Below, in pieces: positions 56,697 through 64,000 of a DNA stretch of 64,000 bases. The notes below the pieces were generated by a model. That model saw nothing but the letters and a program-made list of their open reading frames with translations. It made no database searches and had not been told where the DNA came from. Location of the stretch: positions 22,053-86,052 of the forward strand of contig CACOPD010000003.1 of NCBI GenBank assembly GCA_902628835.1, given 5' to 3'. Numbering within the stretch: position 1 is the first letter of the stretch; the number at the start of each line of letters is the position of its first letter. Source of the stretch: an uncultured Alphaproteobacteria bacterium. GTDB taxonomy: Bacteria > Pseudomonadota > Alphaproteobacteria > HIMB59 > GCA-002718135. The translations under genes and the position numbers were made by a program.

Positions 56697-58754
56697 TTAT
56701 TTAACTTTATTATATGTTTCAAATATTTGTTTTTCAGTCAATATTTCATTCATTATTATACCTTCTGGAAACTTTGATGAGTAAAAAGCATTAAATGGTA
56801 TGCCAAATTTATTATATTTTTTTAAAAATTTAGTTATCTTTTCATTTGGTTTTGTCCAATCAGCTTTTATTAATGTCACTTCTTCTGTATTAAAAAATTT
56901 TGAAACAGTTTCTGAATTTAAAACATTAATTTTATTAAACTTACAGGTAATGCACCAATCGGCAGTTATGTCTAGGAAAACAACTTCATTATTTGCTATT
57001 ATTTCAGGAATACTTTTTGAATTAAAATCTAACCAGTTAATACTTTTATAATTTTCTTCATTGTTTTTTTGAAAAGAATTAAACATTGGTAATAAAAAGA
57101 AAACAATTATTAAAGGAGCAATTAAAGATATTTGATAAAATCTAAATTTTAAAATTGCTGATATTAAAACTAATAGAATAGTAAAAATAATTAAAAAATA
57201 ATAATTAAAATAGTTATTTAGGATACTCAAAAGCCATACTATTGTTATTAAAAGTAAAAGAGATAAAAAATATTTAATATAAATCATCCATTTTCCAGAT
57301 CGAGGTAAAAAGGAAATTAAACTAGGAAAAGAAGCTATAGCTAAATAAGGCAGACTCATTCCTATACCCATAAATAAGAATATTAAAAATAGATAAGTGG
57401 TTGATTGAGTAAATGCAGCTGTTACAGCTGTTCCCAAATAAGGTGCAGAGCAAGGTGTAGCAAGTAACGTAGCAAAAAAACCATTAAAGAAGTTTTTTGT
57501 ATAAAAATTATTTCCTGAATTTAAAATTTTTGATGAATATAAAAAATCTGGTAAATTTATTTGGAAGAGACCAAGTGTATTCAAAAAAAACATAGATATA
57601 ATTATTAAAATGAACATTAAAAAATAAGGTTCTTGAAATTGCATGCCCCAGGCTATTGAAATATTGATTTGTTTCAGGATAGCAAAAAATGCACCAAGTA
57701 TTAGAAAAGAAGTGATAATTCCGAATACAGTTATAAAAAAACTACTTTTTATCTTTTTATCTTCAGTATTAATTACAGATAATAATTTTAAGGATAATAC
57801 CGGAAAAACACATGGCATAAGATTTAAAATAAAACCACCTAATAGTGAAATTAAGAGTAAGTATATAAGACTAGTGTTTATAGAAATATTTTTATTTACA
57901 TTTTCAATTTCTACATTTTTTTCAACTTTGAAACTGTAGTTGTTATCATAAAAAAATATTTCTATTGGAAATTTTTTTTCATTAAATTGATCGGCACTAT
58001 AATATAAAGATGTGTTCAATTTTTGGAAATCAAGGGAATAATTATTTATTGGTTCTACAACTGGCAATCCAAATGGTGTGTGAATAAAAATTTTTGGATC
58101 ATCAAAAAAAGAGTTAGTTGATATTTCTATATCAAATATAACGTTATTACTATTTTCAATAGCCTCAATTGAGAAATTAGAAATGGGTGTGAAATCAATA
58201 TTATTGTTTAAAGTAGTAGATAAAACTTTTTCAATTTCAAAAAAATAATCTGTGTAAGCACCATCTCCAGATGGTAAGTTTAAAAATATATTCGCATTAC
58301 CTGGTATACAAACATCTCTACAAACCAAATAATTAATATTTAAATTTAAATTTGTTTGTTTTTGATTGTCTTCAATATCTACAATCAAAGGAAATATAAC
58401 TTTATCTTTATATCCAATTGATTTTAAGCCTAGTATTTCAAATTCTATTGGCTCTGGCCATAATATTTTAATATCTTTCACATTTGATGAATTATTCCAT
58501 ATAATTTTTTGAGGGAAACCACCTCCGCCTGGAGATTTCCAATATGTTTTCCATTCCTCTTCTAGTTCATATTCTAATGCTAAAATTAATTGATTATTAT
58601 TATTTGTTGTGGTCATTGGTGAAATTAATCTAACTTTTGATTTTTCACTAATTGCCCAATCTGAAGATAAGGAATAGCCAGCTGTGCTAAATAGTCCAAG
58701 AGCAAGTATTATTGCAATTTTTAACAAATTTACGATTTTTATTACCTTGTTCAT
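56697..58754 (-). CDS. dsbD: Thiol:disulfide interchange protein DsbD-like (periplasmic alpha domain, CcdA-like TM core, C-terminal thioredoxin domain).
   Basis: Has a signal peptide, a central TM core with LNLMPCVFPVLSLK and ATPCSAPYLG, and a C-terminal DITADWCITCKFN (CxxC). Confidence 0.85.
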   Translation of the reverse strand: MNKVIKIVNLLKIAIILALGLFSTAGYSLSSDWAISEKSKVRLISPMTTTNNNNQLILALEYELEEEWKTYWKSPGGGGFPQKIIWNNSSNVKDIKILWPEPIEFEILGLKSIGYKDKVIFPLIVDIEDNQKQTNLNLNINYLVCRDVCIPGNANIFLNLPSGDGAYTDYFFEIEKVLSTTLNNNIDFTPISNFSIEAIENSNNVIFDIEISTNSFFDDPKIFIHTPFGLPVVEPINNYSLDFQKLNTSLYYSADQFNEKKFPIEIFFYDNNYSFKVEKNVEIENVNKNISINTSLIYLLLISLLGGFILNLMPCVFPVLSLKLLSVINTEDKKIKSSFFITVFGIITSFLILGAFFAILKQINISIAWGMQFQEPYFLMFILIIISMFFLNTLGLFQINLPDFLYSSKILNSGNNFYTKNFFNGFFATLLATPCSAPYLGTAVTAAFTQSTTYLFLIFLFMGIGMSLPYLAIASFPSLISFLPRSGKWMIYIKYFLSLLLLITIVWLLSILNNYFNYYFLIIFTILLVLISAILKFRFYQISLIAPLIIVFFLLPMFNSFQKNNEENYKSINWLDFNSKSIPEIIANNEVVFLDITADWCITCKFNKINVLNSETVSKFFNTEEVTLIKADWTKPNEKITKFLKKYNKFGIPFNAFYSSKFPEGIIMNEILTEKQIFETYNKVK

Positions 58755-58809
58755 ATAAAATAAATCAATACAATATTGAAAAATATAAATTAACGCGAAT
58801 ATATACTAT

Positions 58810-59361
58810 ATGAATTTAACTGGTCAGTTTTTAATTTCAATGCCTTCATTAGAAGATGATAGATTTGAAAAAACGGTAATTTATATGTGTGCACACTCAA
58901 AAGATGGGGCAATGGGTATAATAATCAACAAAAAAATTGATTATGATCTCTACCCTGATTTGCTTGAACAACTGGGTATAGACAAGCCATTAGAAGGTAA
59001 AAAACTTTATATTCGCTATGGTGGACCTGTTGAAAGTGGAAGAGGATTTGTTTTACATTCTGATGAAGTTATTCAAAAAGAAACGCTAACAATAGATAAC
59101 GGCGTTGCATTAACTAGTACTTCAGAGTTTTTTGAAGACCTTTCTAAAGGAAATGGACCTAAAAATAGCATCCTAGCTCTTGGATACGCAGGATGGGGTC
59201 CAGGACAAATTGAAAAAGAATTAGCGTCAAATAGTTGGATGACACTTAAAGCAAACAGTGATTTTATTTTTGATGAAAAAGTTAACAATAAATGGAAAGA
59301 TGCATTTAACTTATTAGGAATTGATGCGAGCAAACTTTCATTGTTTTCTGGAAATTGTTAA
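58810..59361 (+). CDS. YqgE/AlgH-family protein (UPF0301).
   Basis: Contains LTGQFLISMPSLEDDRFEKTVIYMC.H…GAMGIIINK, GGPVE..RGFVLH and GYAGWGPGQIE.E. Confidence 0.85.
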   Translation: MNLTGQFLISMPSLEDDRFEKTVIYMCAHSKDGAMGIIINKKIDYDLYPDLLEQLGIDKPLEGKKLYIRYGGPVESGRGFVLHSDEVIQKETLTIDNGVALTSTSEFFEDLSKGNGPKNSILALGYAGWGPGQIEKELASNSWMTLKANSDFIFDEKVNNKWKDAFNLLGIDASKLSLFSGNC

Positions 59362-59565
59362 CTAAAGATTTATCTCAAAAATTCTTTCTTTGTCCTTCTC
59401 AATAATTTTTTTTATTTTGAACTTTGATGTCTTGCTAAGTTTTTCTCCTTTATTAGTCATGAATGATTTCATTTTAATCACCTCTTTTTCAGGCATTTTT
59501 CTTTCGTATTTTAAAATATTTTTTTTTCCAGAAATTACAAAAACAGTTTTCATTTTTTTCTCCAT
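59362..59565 (-). CDS. Small lysine-rich hypothetical protein; may not be a real gene.
   Basis: 67-aa ORF with no recognisable motifs. An equally long antisense ORF exists (59390..59575 +), which is expected for K-rich/F-rich mirror frames in AT-rich DNA. Confidence 0.25.
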   Translation of the reverse strand: MEKKMKTVFVISGKKNILKYERKMPEKEVIKMKSFMTNKGEKLSKTSKFKIKKIIEKDKERIFEINL

Positions 59566-59675
59566 TAAATTTTAGAATTACACTATTTTTATTACTTGTA
59601 GAAATTATTAAATCAATCAAAAAGGGAAATCCAATTTATTGTTTTTTTTTGAAATTTGTTTTTGATAATATTTAA

Positions 59676-59694
59676 GGGGGAGATAATCTCCCCC
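59676..59694 (-). terminator. GC-rich hairpin downstream of amt; probable terminator, possibly bidirectional.
   Basis: GGGGGAGAT-A-ATCTCCCCC lies 54 nt past the amt stop. On the minus strand it is followed by TTAAATATTAT, an imperfect U-tail. On the plus strand it is followed by A7. Confidence 0.5.
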
Positions 59695-59747
59695 AAAAAA
59701 ATAGCAGCTAACTATTGGAAGGTATTGTGTTAACTACTAAACCTAAT

Positions 59748-61034
59748 TTAATCACGAATAGAATAAGCGATTACACCGACTTCAGCTTTGTCAGTTCCTA
59801 GTTTTTCTGCCTCTTCACTAATGCGAAGACCCATTGTATTTTTAATTATATAAATAACTATGTATGATGTAATAAATACAAATAAACATATAGATACTAC
59901 GCCAAGTAATTGAGTAGCGTAAGAAGCATCAGGATTTGTAAATGGAACAACTAAAGTGCCCCATATACCTGCAAACATGTGAACAGGAATTGCTCCAACT
60001 ACATCATCAAGTTTTAGTGAATTTAAAAGCTGAGTTCCATAATACATAATTACTCCACCGATAGCTCCAATAAAAATTGCTAGAAGTGGTGACGGCATTA
60101 AAGGTTCTGCTGTAATAGAAACTAATCCTGCAAGAGCTCCATTGAGCATCATAACAATATCTGTTTTTCCACCAATTAATCTAGTTATTGCTGCACCTGC
60201 CATACATCCTCCACATGCGGCTAGCTGTGTGTTCATAAATATTTGTGACATGGCTGTTGCATCCTCATATGACCCTAATGCTAATTGTGATCCTCCATTA
60301 AAACCATACCAACCCATCCATAAAATGAATGTTCCAAGTGTTACGAGAGGTATCGAAGAAGGAGCAAATGGTGCCATGTTAGCAGGTTCACCTGACTCAG
60401 TAAATCTTCCAAGTCTAGGGCCTAATAATATAACACCGGCTAAAGCAGCAGATCCTCCACATGCGTGAACTAATGTAGATCCAGCAAAATCAGAAAAGCC
60501 AATAGCATCAAGCCAACCGCCTCCCCATTCCCATCCCATTTGTATAGGATAAATAAAACCTCCAAGTATTGCAGCAAAAACAAAAAATGGCCAAATTTTT
60601 ATCCTTTCAGCAACAGCACCGGAAACAATTGAAACAGTAGCACAAACGAATAATGCTTGAAAAAACCAATCAGAAGCATCTGAATATCCAGTTTCTATTG
60701 AAGTATTATCAGTCCATAAAGAAGGGAAGCCTAAATAACCTCCCTCTGGAACTCCGTATCCTAAATTGTAACCAAACAAATAAAACACTATGGAAACAAT
60801 TGCAAATTTGCCAATATTTTTTGCAGCAATTGTTGAAACACTTCTAGTTGTAACAAGACCAGATTCTAAAAATAAAAAACCAGCAGCCATCCACATTACT
60901 AAAAAACCGCAGACTAAAAATGAAAATGTATTTAAAATATATGCAACCTCTGCATCTACTTCTGCATTTGCATATGAACTAAAAAATAAAGTTGGAATTA
61001 TTATTCCTAATAAATAAAGAGATTTTCTAAACAT
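59748..61034 (-). CDS. amtB: Ammonium transporter (Amt family).
   Basis: Signal peptide MFRKSLYLLGIIIPTLFFSSYANA. Contains AAGFLFLESG, DFAGSTLVHACGG, HMFAGIWGT and 11 TM helices. GGAGG lies 4 nt upstream of ATG 61034. The track's GTG 61070 extension (MGWCCENYNGGL) is unlikely. Confidence 0.9.
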   Translation of the reverse strand: MFRKSLYLLGIIIPTLFFSSYANAEVDAEVAYILNTFSFLVCGFLVMWMAAGFLFLESGLVTTRSVSTIAAKNIGKFAIVSIVFYLFGYNLGYGVPEGGYLGFPSLWTDNTSIETGYSDASDWFFQALFVCATVSIVSGAVAERIKIWPFFVFAAILGGFIYPIQMGWEWGGGWLDAIGFSDFAGSTLVHACGGSAALAGVILLGPRLGRFTESGEPANMAPFAPSSIPLVTLGTFILWMGWYGFNGGSQLALGSYEDATAMSQIFMNTQLAACGGCMAGAAITRLIGGKTDIVMMLNGALAGLVSITAEPLMPSPLLAIFIGAIGGVIMYYGTQLLNSLKLDDVVGAIPVHMFAGIWGTLVVPFTNPDASYATQLLGVVSICLFVFITSYIVIYIIKNTMGLRISEEAEKLGTDKAEVGVIAYSIRD

Positions 61035-61121
61035 CAATCCTCCATTATAATTTTCACAACACCAGCCCACCTCGAGCGATGTTTAATTCATGCGTAGCTA
61101 TGGAAATTATAATATAAGATC

Positions 61122-61172
61122 CGCGTTCCTTCGGTTTAACCTACTTCCGATCTGCTTTCACAGATTGAACGA
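61122..61172 (-). promoter_or_regulatory. glnA-RNA-type glutamine riboswitch aptamer, 3' copy of a tandem pair.
   Basis: The minus strand reads UCGUUCA-AUCUG-UGAAAG-CAGAU-CGGAAGUAG-GGU-UAA-ACC-GAAGGAACGCG. The conserved cores CGUUC…GGAAGUAG…AAGGAACG are present and the stems are closed by base pairs different from the other copy. Confidence 0.8.
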
Positions 61173-61188
61173 TTTGATAACTTAGCAT

Positions 61189-61238
61189 GCGTTCCTTCGA
61201 CTTTCGTCTACTTCCGTCACTCAAAAGAGTGATGAACG
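61189..61238 (-). promoter_or_regulatory. glnA-RNA-type glutamine riboswitch aptamer, 5' copy of a tandem pair.
   Basis: The minus strand reads CGUUCA-UCACUC-UUUU-GAGUGA-CGGAAGUA-GAC-GAAA-GUC-GAAGGAACGC. It has the same conserved cores, with P1 formed by CGUUC/GAACG and a GAAA-capped short stem. Confidence 0.8.
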
Positions 61239-61325
61239 TAAAAAATCATATAGATTTTTATAATTTAATTTTTAAGCTTAAATTTGTAAATGTAAATATG
61301 CAAAAAATGCATATCAAAAAATATA

Positions 61326-62477
61326 TTACTTTATTGTTGATAAATCAGTCCACACAGAATTATTATTACTAGAATTTACACTGGCATTAATAAACTTCAT
61401 AATATGTAATCCATCATTTATGTTTGGAAGAATCTTTAACAATTCTTCTTTATTTTCTTTATTTTGAATAACATCTGCAGCATCTGAATAAATTTGTGCA
61501 AATGCTTCAAGATAACCTTCTGGATGACCAGCAGGGATTCGCACGTTAACTTCGGTTCCCTCAACTTTAATTAAACCACCTCTAGTTATTGTTTGACTGG
61601 GTTTTCCTACTTGACTAAAAGTTGCATAATTTGGATTTTCTTGACTCCATTTTAATGCTCCCTTGTCTCCATATATAGCTATAGTAAAATTATTTTCTTC
61701 ACCTGTTGCAACTTGAGAAATAGATAATGAACCCTTAGCTCCGTTATTTAATCTTATCATTATTGAAGCATCGTCATCTAATTTTCTTCCCTTAACAAAA
61801 GTTGTAAGATCTGCACTAACTGATTGTAATTTTAATTGAGTTATAAATTCTAACAAATGCATAGTATGACTGCCAATATCACCTACACTTCCTGCAGCTC
61901 CACTTCTTGAGGGATCAGTTCTCCATTCTGCTTGTTTATTTGATCCTGAGTCTTCTTCTTTTGAGCCAAGCCAACCTTGAAGATAAGATCCTTTAATAAT
62001 TCTTATTTCGCCTAATGCTCCATTTTCAATAAGTGATCTCATAACTCTAACAACTGGATAACCAGAATAATTATGAGTTAAGAAAAAATGAGCATTTGAT
62101 TTTGAAACCGCTTCAACTAAATTATGAGCATCTTTCATTGTAGAGGTCATAGGTTTGTCACAAATGACATGAATATTTTTATTAAGAAATTCTATTGCTG
62201 GTTCAGCATGCATATGATTTGGCGTAACAATGGATACTACGTCAATGCCATCATCTCTTTTTGATTCTTTCTCGGCCATAGTTTTAAAATCTGGGTAACT
62301 TCTTGAAGGATCAAGACCAATTTCTTCAGCAGATTTAGCTGCTTTTTCTGGGGTTGAAGATAAGCAACCAGCAACAAATTCATACTTATCATCCATCCTG
62401 GCACATAGACGATGTACAGCTCCTATAAATGCTCCTTGGCCACCACCTACCATTCCAAGTTTTAATCTTCTTCCCAT
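61326..62477 (-). CDS. Gfo/Idh/MocA-family NAD(P)-dependent oxidoreductase.
   Basis: N-terminal Rossmann fold LKLGMVGGGQGAFIG, then TPNHMH and CDKP (EKP-like motif). 383 aa. Confidence 0.9.
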   Translation of the reverse strand: MGRRLKLGMVGGGQGAFIGAVHRLCARMDDKYEFVAGCLSSTPEKAAKSAEEIGLDPSRSYPDFKTMAEKESKRDDGIDVVSIVTPNHMHAEPAIEFLNKNIHVICDKPMTSTMKDAHNLVEAVSKSNAHFFLTHNYSGYPVVRVMRSLIENGALGEIRIIKGSYLQGWLGSKEEDSGSNKQAEWRTDPSRSGAAGSVGDIGSHTMHLLEFITQLKLQSVSADLTTFVKGRKLDDDASIMIRLNNGAKGSLSISQVATGEENNFTIAIYGDKGALKWSQENPNYATFSQVGKPSQTITRGGLIKVEGTEVNVRIPAGHPEGYLEAFAQIYSDAADVIQNKENKEELLKILPNINDGLHIMKFINASVNSSNNNSVWTDLSTIK

Positions 62478-62486
62478 AATAACTCC

Positions 62487-63539
62487 TTATATACCTAAAA
62501 TCTTTTTATTAGCTTGCTCATCAGTTCCAGAGCTTGCAAAATCATCAAATGCTTTTTCTGTGACTTCAATAATGTGATTTTGAATAAATGGAGCTCCTTC
62601 AGCTGCACCTTGTTCAGGGCTTTTAATACAGCATTCCCATTCTAAAACTGCCCATCCATCAAAATTATAACCAGAGAGTTTTGAAAAAATTGATTTAAAA
62701 TCAACCTGACCATCACCAAGTGATCTGAATCTTCCTGCTCTGTTTATCCATGATTGATAACCTCCGTAAACTCCTTGTCTGCCAGACGGATTAAATTCTG
62801 CATCTTTAACATGAAACATTTTTATTCTTTCATGGTAAATATCAATGTGATCAAGATAGTTTAAACACTGGAGAACATAATGACTTGGATCATACAACAT
62901 ATTACAACGTTTATGATTATTTACCTTGTCTAAAAACATTTCGAAAGTTGAACCATCGTGTAAATCCTCACTAGGATGAATTTCGTAACATAGATCCACC
63001 CCACAATCATCAAATTTATCTAAAATTGGATGCCACCTTTTTGCTAATTCACCAAAAGCTTCATCTTCTAAACCTGCAGGTCTTTGAGGAAATGGATAAA
63101 GAAAGGGCCAACATAAAGCACCAGAAAATGTAGCTGCAGTTTTTAAATTTAAGTTTTTTGATGCTTGAGCGACATTCATCATCCTTTTTACAGCCCATTC
63201 TTGTCTAGCTTTTGGATTACCCTTTACCTCATCAGCAGCAAAACCATCAAAGAGTGTGTCATAGGCAGGATGGACTGCAACCAATTGACCGGTTAGATGA
63301 GATGCAATATCAGTTATTTCAAGATTAAAATTTTTTGCTATTCCCTTTATTTCATCACAGTAATCTTTACTCGAAGCTGCTTTGTCTAAATCAAAAACTG
63401 CTAAATTTTCTGCTGGTAATTGAATTCCTTTATATCCAAGATCAGATACCCATTTACAGATACTGGGTAGTGAATTAAATGGCTCTTTATCTCCTATAAA
63501 CTGTGCTAAAAATATAGCAGGTCCTTTAATTTTTTTCAT
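62487..63539 (-). CDS. Xylose-isomerase-like TIM-barrel protein (sugar phosphate isomerase/epimerase family).
   Basis: Alternating beta/alpha pattern with the conserved metal-ligand contexts EIHP, DPSH, HVKD and EWE. It is commonly paired with Gfo/Idh/MocA enzymes. Confidence 0.8.
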   Translation of the reverse strand: MKKIKGPAIFLAQFIGDKEPFNSLPSICKWVSDLGYKGIQLPAENLAVFDLDKAASSKDYCDEIKGIAKNFNLEITDIASHLTGQLVAVHPAYDTLFDGFAADEVKGNPKARQEWAVKRMMNVAQASKNLNLKTAATFSGALCWPFLYPFPQRPAGLEDEAFGELAKRWHPILDKFDDCGVDLCYEIHPSEDLHDGSTFEMFLDKVNNHKRCNMLYDPSHYVLQCLNYLDHIDIYHERIKMFHVKDAEFNPSGRQGVYGGYQSWINRAGRFRSLGDGQVDFKSIFSKLSGYNFDGWAVLEWECCIKSPEQGAAEGAPFIQNHIIEVTEKAFDDFASSGTDEQANKKILGI

Positions 63540-63572
63540 ACATTTTCTCCAAACTATTTAAACATGAAACTT

Positions 63573-64000
63573 TTAGGTAGTCATTAAATTTTTAAAATTT
63601 TCGTACAATATTTTAGTATTATTGTTCATTTCTTGAATATTAATTCTAAGCAATTTATCAAGTTCATCAATAGAGTTTTTTCCTAGATATTTTTCTAAAG
63701 CATTTTTTAATTCAGGGACTTTGGACCATTTATTAATTGTGTTTTCATCTACTTCCATATGAAATTGAATGCCATAAGCGTGATTTTTGTACTTAAAAAT
63801 TTGAAATTTTGTAATATCTGATGAACCTAAAATAGTAACATCAGAATTATTTAGTTCACTTACTTCATAACTATGCCATTGCAATGCTTTAATCTCATTA
63901 TCAAAATTATGAAAAAGTAGATCTTTTTTTTTATTATCTAAAATATCTATATTTAGAACTCCGATTTCTGGGGGATTAGATTTAATTACTTTACCGCCAA
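63573..64000 (-). CDS. Class I glutamine amidotransferase-like protein, 3' part only (N-terminus beyond the window).
   Basis: The frame stays open upstream of the track's TTG 63884 to the window edge (…GGKVIKSNPPEIGVLNIDILDNKKKDLLFHNFDNEIKALQWHSYEV…YGIQFHMEV). The H.d.V and QFHPE-like motifs are typical of GATase1. Confidence 0.65.
   Translation of the reverse strand, partial: GGKVIKSNPPEIGVLNIDILDNKKKDLLFHNFDNEIKALQWHSYEVSELNNSDVTILGSSDITKFQIFKYKNHAYGIQFHMEVDENTINKWSKVPELKNALEKYLGKNSIDELDKLLRINIQEMNNNTKILYENFKNLMTT

Noticed and set aside
61035-61070. The track's longer amt ORF starting at GTG 61070 (MGWCCENYNGGL…).
   Set aside because: The internal ATG 61034 is preceded by GGAGG and begins a classic Amt signal peptide (MFRKSLYLLGIIIP…ANA). 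The extension has no hydrophobic or conserved character and would run into the riboswitch leader.
61187-61372. 61-aa plus-strand ORF across the amt leader.
   Set aside because: It overlaps the 5' glutamine aptamer and the 3' end of the Gfo/Idh/MocA gene on the opposite strand. The RNA-structure explanation accounts for the sequence conservation features, and the ORF has no RBS.

Overview
This is a very AT-rich, tightly packed bacterial window. Many genes overlap at ATGA/TAATG junctions and several convergent genes overlap at their 3' ends. Gene content and order look alphaproteobacterial and resemble a streamlined marine genome such as Pelagibacterales. Supporting signs are a stand-alone F0 operon (atpI-B-E-F'-F), the mutY/DUF721/dsbA/smc neighbourhood, an APH-type thrB, and glutamine riboswitches in front of amt. 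That lineage call is inference from sequence only.

Layout:
(1) 1-4608 (-): the 5' part of a giant secreted exoprotein with a TPS/FhaB-type N-terminus and about 12 FG-GAP-like repeats. It is missing from the supplied ORF track because it runs off the window edge.
(2) 4.6-5.0 kb: an orphan minus-strand element bounded by a terminator.
(3) 5-16.8 kb: housekeeping genes. These are a CBS-less guaB, a frameshifted mutY, a dciA-like gene, dsbA, a short smc, the F0 atp genes, ispH, thrB, rnhA and a yceI-like gene.
(4) 16.8-56.2 kb: a roughly 40 kb carbohydrate and oxidoreductase island. It holds a rhizobial-type rhamnose locus with an ASRT-like gene, and a polyol transporter with dehydrogenases, xylB and two GMC oxidoreductases. 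It also holds a tightly packed 10-gene minus-strand run (42504-52545): three membrane di-iron oxygenases, a Rieske ferredoxin, a ferredoxin reductase, two divergent PanB-like enzymes, a lactonase, an IlvD-type dehydratase and an ACC-deaminase-like enzyme. A sugar-type ABC transporter is transcribed divergently from that run.
(5) 56-64 kb: dsbD-prx-SDR, yqgE, amt preceded by two tandem glnA-type glutamine aptamers, then a Gfo/Idh/MocA gene, a TIM-barrel gene and a partial GATase gene.

I saw no rRNA, tRNA, CRISPR, transposase, integrase or recognisable transcription-factor gene.

The best candidate for an undescribed system is the oxygenase/PanB-like cluster at 46264-52545. All family calls come from reading the translations by eye and recalling motifs. 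No searches were run. Coordinates follow the ORF track and include stop codons, except where I refined a start.
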